Below are positions 39,701 to 53,800 of a DNA stretch of 64,000 nucleotides, in pieces. Each line of letters opens with the position of its first letter. The stretch's first letter is position 1. The stretch lies in the NCBI RefSeq assembly GCF_009914755.1, contig NC_060939.1. The stretch is one strand, 5' to 3'. Below the pieces are notes generated by a model. The model did not search any database. It was not told the origin of the DNA and saw only the letters and a list, made by a program, of their open reading frames with translations. The DNA comes from the human T2T-CHM13v2.0 reference genome, Homo sapiens. Made by a program: the position numbers and the translations under genes.

Positions 39701-42700
39701 CAGTCCACTGCATTCTGGTCCATTCCATTTGATTCCATTCCATTCTATTCCATTCCATACAGTTGCATTCCATTGGATTCCATGCTATATCTATAAATTC
39801 AATTCGAGACCATTGCTTTTGAGTCCATTCTATATGATTCCATTCCATTCAAGTCCATTACATTTGGTTCAATTCCATTCCATTCCATTCCCTTTCATTC
39901 CATTCCATTTGATATCAATCCATTCGATTCCATTCCATTCGAGCACATTCCATTCGAGTCCATTCCATTCGATGCCATTCCATTTGATTCTATTCCATTA
40001 GTCTCCATTCAATTCCATTAATCTCCATTCCATTCCATTCTACTCCTACTGATTCCATTCCAATCTATTCCTTTCCATTCCATTTCATTCCATTCCATTC
40101 CATTTCATTCCATTCCATTCCATTCGTGTCCATTCCACTCCAGTCCATTCCATTCGTGTCCATTCCATTCCAGTCCATTCCATTTGTGTCCACTGCATTC
40201 CATTCCACTCCATTCCATATTATTCCATTACACTCCATTCCATTCTATTACTTTCATTTCCATTCAATTCCATTCCATTTGATTCCATTCCACTCGGTTT
40301 CATTCCATTTGAGTCCACTCCATTCCATTCCATTCCATTCAGTTCCATTCCATTCTGTTCCATTCCATTCCGTTCCATTACATTCCATTCCATTCGGTAC
40401 CATTCCATATTGTTCCATTCGATTCCATTCGAATCCATTCCATTCCAGTCCATTCCATTCGATTCCATTCCATTCATTTCAATTCCATTCCATTCCATTC
40501 CATTACATTCCACTTGATTCCTCTCCATTCCCTTCCACTGCATTCCGTTCGATTCCATTCCATTGCATTGCATTCCATTCCATTGGATTGCATTCCATTC
40601 GATTCCATTCCATTCGAATCAATTACATAGCAATCCATTACATTCGAGTCTATTCTCTTCCGTTCCATTCGATTTCGTTCCAATCCATTCGATTCCATTC
40701 CATTCGATTCCATTCCATACTATTGCATTCCATTCGATTACATTATATTCGAATAAGTTCCATTCAAGACCATTTCTTTTGAGTCCATTCTATTTGAGTC
40801 CATTCCCTTTGATTCCATAACATTTGAGTCCATTCAATTCCATTCCTTTCGTTTCCATTCCATTTGATGCCATTCCATTCAATTCTGTTCTACTCGACTC
40901 CAATACATTCAATTCCATTCCATCCGATTCCATTACATTCTTTTCATTTCTTATCCATTTCAAGCCATTCCACTCCATTCCATTCCACTCGTTTCCTTTC
41001 CATTCGAGTCCATTCCTCTCCAGTCCATTCCGTTCAATCCATTCCATTCCAGTCCATTCCATTCGAGTCCGTTCCATTCCAGTCCATTCCATTCGAGTCA
41101 ATTCCATCCCATTCGATGTCTTTCCATAACGATCCATTCCATTCTATTCCTTTCGATTCCATTCCATTCTATTTCATTCCATTCGATTCCCTTCCATTGG
41201 ACTCCTTTCCATTCGAGTGCATTCCATTCCGTTCCATTACTTTCCGTTCTGTACGATTCCTACCGTTCGATTTCATTTTGTTCCAGTCCATTCCTTTCGC
41301 GTCCATTCCATTCCATTTCACTCCATTCGATTCCATTCCACTCGATTCCACTTCGTTCCATTTCATTGCATTCCATTCTATTCAACTCTATTGCCTTCCA
41401 TTCCATTCCATTCGATTACATTCCATGCGATTCCATTCGAAATCGAATCAATTACATTGCAAACCATTACTATTGAGTCCGTTTTATTCCAGTCCACTGC
41501 ATTCTGGTCCATTCCATTTGATTCCATTCCATTCTATTCCATTCCATACAGTTGCATTCCATTGGATTCCATGCTATATCTATAAATTCAATTCGAGACC
41601 ATTGCTTTTGAGTCCATTCTATATGATTCCATTCCATTCAAGTCCATTACATTTGGTTCAATTCCATTCCATTCCATTCCCTTCCATTCCATTCCATTTG
41701 ATATCAATCCATTCGATTCCATTCCATTCGAGCACATTCCATTCGAGTCCATTCCATTCGATGCCATTCCATTTGATTCTATTCCATTAGTCTCCATTCA
41801 ATTCCATTAATCTCCATTCCATTCCATTCTACTCCTACTGATTCCATTCCAATCTATTCCTTTCCATTCCATTTCATTCCATTCCATTCCATTTCATTCC
41901 ATTCCATTCCATTCGTGTCCATTCCACTCCAGTCCATTCCATTCGTGTCCATTCCATTCTAGTCCATTCCATTTGTGTCCACTGCATTCCATTCCACTCC
42001 ATTCCATATTATTCCATTACACTCCATTCCATTCTATTACTTTCATTTCCATTCAATTCCATTCCATTTGATTCCATTCCACTCGGTTTCATTCCATTTG
42101 AGTCCCCTCCACTCCATTCCATTCCATTCCATTCCATTCAGTTCCATTCCATTCTGTTCCATTCCATTCCGTTCCATTGCATTCCATTCCATTCGGTACC
42201 ATTCCATATTGTTCCATTCGATTCCATTCGAATCCATTCCATTCCAGTCCATTCCATTCGATTCCATTCCATTCCTTTCAATTCCATTCCATTCCATTCC
42301 ATTCCACTTGATTCCACTCCATTCCCTTCCACTGCATTCCATTGCATTGCATTCCATTCCATTGGACTGCATTCCATTCGATTCCATTCCATTCGAATCA
42401 ATTACATAGCAATCCATTACATTCGAGTCTATTCTATTCCGTTACATTCGATTTCGTTCCAATCCATTCGATTCCATTCCATTCGATTCCATTCCATACT
42501 ATTGCATTCCATTCTATTACATTATATTCGAATAAGTTCCATTCAAGACCATTTCTTTTGAGTCCATTCTATTTGAGTCCATTCCCTTTGATTCCATAAC
42601 ATTTGAGTCCATTCAATTCCATTCCTTTCGTTTCCTTTCCATTTGATGCCATTCCATTCAATTCTGTTCTACTCGACTCCAATACATTCAATTCCATTCC

Positions 42701-45700
42701 ATCCGATTCCATTACATTCTTTTCATTTCTTATCCATTTCAAGCCATTCCACTCCATTCCATTCCACTCGTTTCCTTTCCATTCGAGTCCATTCCTCTCC
42801 AGTCCATTCCGTTCAATCCATTCCATTCCAGTCCATTCCATTCGAGTCCGTTCCATTCCAGTCCATTCCATTCGAGTCAATTCCATTCCATTCGATGTCT
42901 TTCCATAACGATCCATTCCATTCTATTCCTTTCGATTCCATTCCATTCTATTTCATTCCATTCGATTCCCTTCCATTGGACTCCTTTCCATTCGAGTGCA
43001 TTCCATTCCGTTCCATTTCTTTCCGTTCTGTACGATTCCTACCGTTCGATTTCATTTTCTTCCAGTCCATTCTTTCGCGTCCATTCCATTCCATTTCACT
43101 CCATTCGATTCCATTCCACTCGATTCCACTTCGTTCCATTTCATTGCATTCCATTCTATTCAACTCTATTGCCTTTCATTCCATTCCATTCGATTACATT
43201 CCATGCGATTCCATTCGAAATCGAATCAATTACATTGCAATCCATTACTATTGAGTCCGTTTTATTCCAGTCCACTGCATTCTGGTCCATTCCATTTGAA
43301 TCCATTCCATTCTATTCCATTCCATACAGTTGCATTCCATTGGATTCCATGCTATATCTATAAATTCAATTCGAGACCATTGCTTTTGAGTCCATTCTAT
43401 ATGATTCCATTCCATTCAAGTCCATTACATTTGGTTCAATTCCATTCCATTCGGTTCAATTCCATTCCATTCCATTCCCTTCCATTCCATTCCAGTTGAT
43501 ATCAATCCATTCGATTCCATTCCATTCGAGCACATTCCATTCGAGTCCATTCCATTCGATGCCATTCCATTTGATTCTATTCCATTAGTCTCCTTTCAAT
43601 TCCATTAATCTCCATTCCATTCCATTCTACTCCAACTGATTCCATTCCATTCTATTCCTTTCCATTCCATTTCATTCCATTCCATTCCATTCCATTCGTG
43701 TCCATTCCACTCCAGTCCATTCCATTCGTATCCATTCCATTCCAGTCCATTCCATTTGTGTCCACTGCATTCCATTCCACTCCATTCCATATTATTCCAT
43801 TACACTCCATTCCATTCTATTACTTTCATTTCCATTCAATTCCATTCCATTTGATTCCATTCCACTCGGTTTCATTCCATTTGAGTCCACTCCATTCCAT
43901 TCCATTCCATTCAGTTCCATTCGATTCTGTTCCATTCCATTCCGTTCCGTTACATTCCATTCCATTCGGTACCATTCCATATTGTTCCATTCGATTCCAT
44001 TCGAATCCGTTCCATTCCAGTCCATTCCATTCGATTCCATTCCATTCATTTCAATTCCATTCCATTCCATTCCATTCCATTCCACTTGATTCCTCTCCAT
44101 TCCCTTCCACTGCATTCCGTTCGATTCCATTCCATTGCATTGCATTCCATTCCATTGGATTGCATTCCATTCGATTCCATTCCATTCGAATCAATTACAT
44201 AGCAATCCATTACATTCGAGTCTATTCTCTTCCGTTCCATTCGATTTCGTTCCAATCCATTCGATTCCATTCCATTCGATTCCATTCCATACTATTGCAT
44301 TCCATTCGATTACATTATATTCGAATAAGTTCCATTCAAGACCATTTCTTTTGAGTCCATTCTATTTGAGTCCATTCCCTTTGATTCCATAACATTTGAG
44401 TCCATTCAATTCCATTCCTTTCGTTTCCATTCCATTTGATGCCATTCCATTCAATTCTGTTCTACTCGACTCCAATACATTCAATTCCATTCCATCCGAT
44501 TCCATTACATTCTTTTCATTTCTTATCCATTTCAAGCCATTCCACTCCATTCCATTCCACTCGTTTCCTTTCCATTCGAGTCCATTCCTCTCCAGTCCAT
44601 TCCGTTCAATCCATTCCATTCCAGTCCATTCCATTCGAGTCCGTTCCATTCCAGTCCATTCCATTCGAGTCAATTCCATCCCATTCGATGTCTTTCCATA
44701 ACGATCCATTCCATTCTATTCCTTTCGATTCCATTCCATTCTATTTCATTCCATTCGATTCCCTTCCATTGGACTCCTTTCCATTCGAGTGCATTCCATT
44801 CCGTTCCATTTCTTTCCGTTCTGTACGATTCCTACCGTTCGATTTCATTTTGTTCCAGTCCATTCCTTTCGCGTCCATTCCATTCCATTTCACTCCATTC
44901 GATTCCATTCCACTCGATTCCACTTCGTTCCATTTCATTGCATTCCATTCTATTCAACTCTATTGCCTTCCATTCCATTCCATTCGATTACATTCCATGC
45001 GATTCCATTCGAAATCGAATCAATTACATTGTATTCCATTACTATTGTGTCCGTTTTATTCCAGTCCACTGCATTCTGGTCCATTCCATTTGATTCCATT
45101 CCATTCTATTCCATTCCATACAGTTGCATTCCATTGAACTCCATTGTATATCTATAAATTCAATTCGAGACCATTGCTTTTGAGTCCATTCTATATGATT
45201 CCATTCCATTCAAGTCCATTACATTTGGTTCAATTCCATTCCATTCCATTCCCTTCCATTCCATTCCAGTTGATATCAATCCATTCGATTCCATTCCATT
45301 CGAGCACATTCCATTCGAGTCCATTCCATTCGATGCCATTCCATTTGATTCTATTCCATTAGTCTCCATTCAATTCCATTAATCTCCATTCCATTCCATT
45401 CTACTCCAACTGATTCCATTCCATTCTATTCCTTTCCATTCCATTTCATTCCATTCCATTCCATTTCATTCCATTCCATTCCATTCCATTCCATTCGCTT
45501 CCATTCCATTCGTGTCCATTGCATTCCAGTCCATTCCATTTGTGTCCACTGCATTCCATTCCACTCCATTCCATATTATTCCATTACACTCCATTCCATT
45601 CTATTACTTTCATTTCCATTGAATTCCATTCCATTTGATTCCATTCCACTCGGTTTCATTCCATTTGAGTCCACTCCACTCCATTCCATTCCATTCCATT

Positions 45701-48700
45701 CCATTCAGTTCCATTCCATTCTGTTCCATTCCATTCCGTTCCATTGCATTCCATTCCATTCGGTACCATTCCATATTGTTCCATTCGATTCCATTCGAAT
45801 CCATTCCATTCCAGTCCATTCCATTCGATTCCATTCCATTCCTTTCAATTCCATTCCATTCCATTCCATTCCACTTGATTCCACTCCATTCCCTTCCACT
45901 GCATTCCATTGCATTGCATTCCATTCCATTGGACTGCATTCCATTCGATTCCATTCCATTCGAATCAATTACATAGCAATCCATTACATTCGAGTCTATT
46001 CTATTCCGTTCCATTCGATTTCGTTCCAATCCATTCGATTCCATTCCATTCGATTCCATTCCATACTATTGCATTCCATTCTATTACATTATATTCGAAT
46101 AAGTTCCATTCAAGACCATTTCTTTTGAGTCCATTCTATTTGAGTCCATTCCCTTTGATTCCATAACATTTGAGTCCATTCAATTCCATTCCTTTCGTTT
46201 CCTTTCCATTTGATGCCATTCCATTCAATTCTGTTCTACTCGACTCCAATACATTCAATTCCATTCCATCCGATTCCATTACATTCTTTTCATTTCTTAT
46301 CCATTTCAAGCCATTCCACTCCATTCCATTCCACTCGTTTCCTTTCCATTCGAGTCCATTCCTCTCCAGTCCATTCCGTTCAATCCATTCCATTCCAGTC
46401 CATTCCATTCGAGTCCGTTCCATTCCAGTCCATTCCATTCGAGTCAATTCCATCCCATTCGATGTCTTTCCGTAACGATCCATTCCATTCTATTCCTTTC
46501 GATTCCATTCCATTCTATTTCATTCCATTCGATTCCCTTCCATTGGACTCCTTTCCATTCGAGTGCATTCCATTCCGTTCCATTTCTTTCCGTTCTGTAC
46601 GATTCCTACCGTTCGATTTCATTTTGTTCCAGTCCATTCTTTCGCGTCCATTCCATTCCATTTCACTCCATTCGATTCCATTCCACTCGATTCCACTTCG
46701 TTCCATTTCATTGCATTCCATTCTATTCAACTCTATTGCCTTTCATTCCATTCCATTCGATTACATTCCATGCGATTCCATTCGAAATCGAATCAATTAC
46801 ATTGCAATCCATTACTATTGAGTCCGTTTTATTCCAGTCCACTGCATTCTGGTCCATTCCATTTGAATCCATTCCATTCTATTCCATTCCATACAGTTGC
46901 ATTCCATTGGATTCCATGCTATATCTATAAATTCAATTCGAGACCATTGCTTTTGAGTCCATTCTATATGATTCCATTCCATTCAAGTCCATTACATTTG
47001 GTTAAATTCCATTCCATTCGGTTCAATTCCATTCCATTCCATTCCCTTCCATTCCATTCCAGTTGATATCAATCCATTCGATTCCATTCCATTCGAGCAC
47101 ATTCCATTCGAGTCCATTCCATTCGATGCCATTCCATTTGATTCTATTCCATTAGTCTCCATTCAATTCCATTAATCTCCATTCCATTCCATTCTACTCC
47201 AACTGATTCCATTCCATTCTGTTCCTTTCCATTCCATTTCATTCCATTCCATTCCATTCCATTCCATTCCATTCCATTCGTGTCCATTCCACTCCAGTCC
47301 ATTCCATTCGTATCCATTCCATTCCAGTCCATTCCATTTGTGTCCACTGCATTCCATTCCACTCCATTCCATATTATTCCATTACACTCCATTCCATTCT
47401 ATTACTTTCATTTCCATTCAATTCCATTCCATTTGATTCCATTCCACTCGGTTTCATTCCATTTGAGTCCACTCCATTCCATTCCATTCCATTCAGTTCC
47501 ATTCGATTCTGTTCCATTCCATTCCGTTCCGTTACATTCCATTCCATTCGGTACCATTCCATATTGTTCCATTCGATTCCATTCGAATCCGTTCCATTCC
47601 AGTCCATTCCATTCGATTCCATTCCATTCATTTCAATTCCATTCCATTCCATTCCATTACATTCCACTTGATTCCTCTCCATTCCCTTCCACTGCATTCC
47701 GTTCGATTCCATTCCATTGCATTGCATTCCATTCCATTGGATTGCATTCCATTCGATTCCATTCCATTCGAATCAATTACATAGCAATCCATTACATTCG
47801 AGTCTATTCTCTTCCGTTCCATTCGATTTCGTTCCAATCCATTCGATTCCATTCCATTCGATTCCATTCCATACTATTGCATTCCATTCGATTACATTAT
47901 ATTCGAATAAGTTCCATTCAAGACCATTTCTTTTGAGTCCATTCTATTTGAGTCCATTCCCTTTGATTCCATAACATTTGAGTCCATTCAATTCCATTCC
48001 TTTCGTTTCCATTCCATTTGATGCCATTCCATTCAATTCTGTTCTACTCGACTCCAATACATTCAATTCCATTCCATCCGATTCCATTACATTCTTTTCA
48101 TTTCTTATCCATTTCAAGCCATTCCACTCCATTCCATTCCACTCGTTTCCTTTCCATTCGAGTCCATTCCTCTCCAGTCCATTCCGTTCAATCCATTCCA
48201 TTCCAGTCCATTCCATTCGAGTCCGTTCCATTCCAGTCCATTCCATTCGAGTCAATTCCATTCCATTCGATGTCTTTCCATAACGATCCATTCCATTCTA
48301 TTCCTTTCGATTCCATTCCATTCTATTTCATTCCATTCGATTCCCTTCCATTGGACTCCTTTCCATTCGAGTGCATTCCATTCCGTTCCATTTCTTTCCG
48401 TTCTGTACGATTCCTACCGTTCGATTTCATTTTCTTCCAGTCCATTCTTTCGCGTCCATTCCATTCCATTTCACTCCATTCGATTCCATTCCACTCGATT
48501 CCACTTCGTTCCATTTCATTGCATTCCATTCTATTCAACTCTATTGCCTTCCATTCCATTCCATTCGATTACATTCCATGCGATTCCATTCGAAATCGAA
48601 TCAATTACATTGCAATCCATTACTATTGAGTCCGTTTTATTCCAGTCCACTGCATTCTGGTCCATTCCATTTGATTCCATTCCATTCTATTCCATTCCAT

Positions 48701-50869
48701 ACAGTTGCATTCCATTGGATTCCATGCTATATCTATAAATTCAATTCGAGACCATTGCTTTTGAGTCCATTCTATATGATTCCATTCCATTCAAGTCCAT
48801 TACATTTGGTTAAATTCCATTCCATTCGGTTCAATTCCATTCCATTCCATTCCCTTCCATTCCATTCCAGTTGATATCAATCCATTCGATTCCATTCCAT
48901 TCGAGCACATTCCATTCGAGTCCATTCCATTCGATGCCATTCCATTTGATTCTATTCCATTAGTCTCCATTCAATTCCATTAATCTCCATTCCATTCCAT
49001 TCTACTCCAACTGATTCCATTCCATTCTATTCCTTTCCATTCCATTTCATTCCATTCCATTCCATTCCATTCCATTCCATTCCATTCGTGTCCATTCCAC
49101 TCCAGTCCATTCCATTCGTATCCATTCCATTCCAGTCCATTCCATTTGTGTCCACTGCATTCCATTCCACTCCATTCCATATTATTCCATTACACTCCAT
49201 TCCATTCTATTACTTTCATTTCCATTCAATTCCATTCCATTTGATTCCATTCCACTCGGTTTCATTCCATTTGAGTCCACTCCATTCCATTCCATTCCAT
49301 TCAGTTCCATTCCATTCTGTTCCATTCCATTCCGTTCCATTACATTCCATTCCATTCGGTACCATTCCATATTGTTCCATTCGATTCCATTCGAATCCAT
49401 TCCATTCCAGTCCATTCCATTCGATTCTATTCCATTCATTTCAATTCCATTCCATTCCATTCCATTACATTCCACTTGATTCCTCTCCATTCCCTTCCAC
49501 TGCATTCCGTTCGATTCCATTCCATTGCATTGCATTCCATTCCATTGGATTGCATTCCATTCGATTCCATTCCATTCGAATCAATTACATAGCAATCCAT
49601 TACATTCGAGTCTATCCTCTTCCGTTCCATTCGATTTCGTTCCAATCCATTCGAATCCATTCCATTCGATTCCATTCCATACTATTGCATTCCATTCGAT
49701 TACATTATATTCGAATAAGTTCCATTCAAGACCATTTCTTTTGAGTCCATTCTATTTGAGTCCATTCCCTTTGATTCCATAACATTTGAGTCCATTCAAT
49801 TCCATTCCTTTCGTTTCCATTCCATTTGATGCCATTCCATTCAATTCTGTTCTACTCGACTCCAATACATTCAATTCCATTCCATCCGATTCCATTACAT
49901 TCTTTTCATTCCTTATCCATTTCAAGCCATTCCACTCCATTCCATTCCACTCGTTTCCTTTCCATTCGAGTCCATTCCTCTCCAGTCCATTCCGTTCAAT
50001 CCATTCCATTCCAGTCCATTCCATTCGAGTCCGTTCCATTCCAGTCCATTCCATTCGAGTCAATTCCATTCCATTCGATGTCTTTCCATAACGATCCATT
50101 CCATTCTATTCCTTTCGATTCCATTCCATTCTATTTCATTCCATTCGATTCCCTTCCATTGGACTCCTTTCCATTCGAGTGCATTCCATTCCGTTCCATT
50201 TCTTTCCGTTCTGTACGATTCCTACCGTTCGATTTCATTTTGTTCCAGTCCATTCTTTCGCGTCCATGCCATTCCATTTCACTCCATTCGATTCCATTCC
50301 ACTCGATTCCACTTCGTTCCATTTCATTGCATTCCATTCTATTCAACTCTATTGCCTTCCATTCCATTCCATTCGATTACATTCCATGCGATTCCATTCG
50401 AAATCGAATCAATTACATTGCAATCCATTACTATTGAGTCCGTTTTATTCCAGTCCACTGCATTCTGGTCCATTCCATTTGATTCCATTCCATTCTATTC
50501 CATTCCATACAGTTGCATTCCATTGGATTCCATGCTATATCTATAAATTCAATTCGAGACCACTGCTTTTGAGTCCATTCTATATGATTCCATTCCATTC
50601 AAGTCCATTACATTTGGTTAAATTCCATTCCATTCGGTTCAATTCCATTCCATTCCATTCCCTTCCATTCCATTCCAGTTGATATCAATCCATTCGATTC
50701 CATTCCATTCGAGCACATTCCATTCGAGTCCATTCCATTCGATGCCATTCCATTTGATTCTATTCCATTAGTCTCCATTCAATTCCATTAATCTCCATTC
50801 CATTCCATTCTACTCCAACTGATTCCATTCCATTCTATTCCTTTTTATTCCATTTCATTCCATTGCATT

Positions 50870-53800
50870 CCATTCCATTCCATTCCATTCGTGTCCATTC
50901 CACTCCAGTCCATTCCATTCGTATCCATTCCATTCCAGTCCATTCCATTTGTGTCCACTGCATTCCATTCCACTCCATTCCATATTATTCCATTACACTC
51001 CATTCCATTCTATTACTTTCATTTCCATTCAATTCCATTCCATTTGATTCCATTCCACTCGGTTTCATTCCATTTGAGTCCACTCCATTCCATTCCATTC
51101 CATTCAGTTCCATTCCATTCTGTTCCATTCCATTCCGTTCCATTACATTCCATTCCATTCGGTACCATTCCATATTGTTCCATTCGATTCCATTCGAATC
51201 CATTCCATTCCAGTCCATTCCATTCGATTCCATTCCATTCATTTCAATTCCATTCCATTCCATTCCATTACATTCCACTTGATTCCTCTCCATTCCCTTC
51301 CACTGCATTCCGTTCGATTCCATTCCATTGCATTGCATTCCATTCCATTGGATTGCATTCCATTCGATTCCATTCCATTCGAATCAATTACGTAGCAATC
51401 CATTACATTCGAGTCTATTCTCTTCCGTTCCATTCGATTTCGTTCCAATCCATTCGATTCCATTCCATTCGATTCCATTCCATACTATTGCATTCCATTC
51501 GATTACATTATATTCGAATAAGTTCCATTCAAGACCATTTCTTTTGAGTCCATTCTATTTGAGTCCATTCCCTTTGATTCCATAACATTTGAGTCCATTC
51601 AATTCCATTCCTTTCGTTTCCATTCCATTTGATGCCATTCCATTCAATTCTGTTCTACTCGACTCCAATACATTCAATTCCATTCCATCCGATTCCATTA
51701 CATTCTTTTCATTTCTTATCCATTTCAAGCCATTCCACTCCATTCCATTCCACTCGTTTCCTTTCCATTCGAGTCCATTCCTCTCCAGTCCATTCCGTTC
51801 AATCCATTCCATTCCAGTCCATTCCATTCGAGTCCGTTCCATTCCAGTCCATTCCATTCGAGTCAATTCCATTCCATTCGATGTCTTTCCATAACGATCC
51901 ATTCCATTCTATTCCTTTCGATTCCATTCCATTCTATTTCATTCCATTCGATTCCCTTCCATTGGACTCCTTTCCATTCGAGTGCATTCCATTCCGTTCC
52001 ATTTCTTTCCGTTCTGTACGATTCCTACCGTTCGATTTCATTTTCTTCCAGTCCATTCTTTCGCGTCCATTCCATTCCATTTCACTCCATTCGATTCCAT
52101 TCCACTCGATTCCACTTCGTTCCATTTCATTGCATTCCATTCTATTCAACTCTATTGCCTTCCATTCCATTCCATTCGATTACATTCCATGCGATTCCAT
52201 TCGAAATCGAATCAATTACATTGCAATCCATTACTATTGAGTCCGTTTTATTCCAGTCCACTGCATTCTGGTCCATTCCATTTGATTCCATTCCATTCTA
52301 TTCCATTCCATACAGTTGCATTCCATTGGATTCCATGCTATATCTATAAATTCAATTCGAGACCATTGCTTTTGAGTCCATTCTATATGATTCCATTCCA
52401 TTCAAGTCCATTACATTTGGTTAAATTCCATTCCATTCGGTTCAATTCCATTCCATTCGATTCCCTTCCATTCCATTCCAGTTGATATCAATCCATTCGA
52501 TTCCATTCCATTCGAGCACATTCCATTCGAGTCCATTCCATTCGATGCCATTCCATTTGATTCTATTCCATTAGTCTCCATTCAATTCCATTAATCTCCA
52601 TTCCATTCCATTCTACTCCAACTGATTCCATTCCATTCTATTCCTTTCCATTCCATTTCATTCCATTCCATTCCATTGCATTCCATTCCATTCCATTCCA
52701 TTCGTGTCCATTCCACTCCAGTCCATTCCATTCGTATCCATTCCATTCCAGTCCATTCCATTTGTGTCCACTGCATTCCATTCCACTCCATTCCATATTA
52801 TTCCATTACACTCCATTCCATTCTATTACTTTCATTTCCATTCAATTCCATTCCATTTGATTCCATTCCACTCGGTTTCATTCCATTTGAGTCCACTCCA
52901 TTCCATTCCATTCCATTCAGTTCCATTCCATTCTGTTCCATTCCATTCCGTTCCATTACATTCCATTCCATTCGGTACCATTCCATATTGTTCCATTCGA
53001 TTCCATTCGAATCCATTCCATTCCAGTCCATTCCATTCGATTCCATTCCATTCATTTCAATTCCATTCCATTCCATTCCATTACATTCCACTTGATTCCT
53101 CTCCATTCCCTTCCACTGCATTCCGTTCGATTCCATTCCATTGCATTGCATTCCATTCCATTGGATTGCATTCCATTCGATTCCATTCCATTCGAATCAA
53201 TTACGTAGCAATCCATTACATTCGAGTCTATTCTCTTCCGTTCCATTCGATTTCGTTCCAATCCATTCGATTCCATTCCATTCGATTCCATTCCATACTA
53301 TTGCATTCCATTCGATTACATTATATTCGAATAAGTTCCATTCAAGACCATTTCTTTTGAGTCCATTCTATTTGAGTCCATTCCCTTTGATTCCATAACA
53401 TTTGAGTCCATTCAATTCCATTCCTTTCGTTTCCATTCCATTTGATGCCATTCCATTCAATTCTGTTCTACTCGACTCCAATACATTCAATTCCATTCCA
53501 TCCGATTCCATTACATTCTTTTCATTTCTTATCCATTTCAAGCCATTCCACTCCATTCCATTCCACTCGTTTCCTTTCCATTCGAGTCCATTCCTCTCCA
53601 GTCCATTCCGTTCAATCCATTCCATTCCAGTCCATTCCATTCGAGTCCGTTCCATTCCAGTCCATTCCATTCGAGTCAATTCCATTCCATTCGATGTCTT
53701 TCCATAACGATCCATTCCATTCTATTCCTTTCGATTCCATTCCATTCTATTTCATTCCATTCGATTCCCTTCCATTGGACTCCTTTCCATTCGAGTGCAT

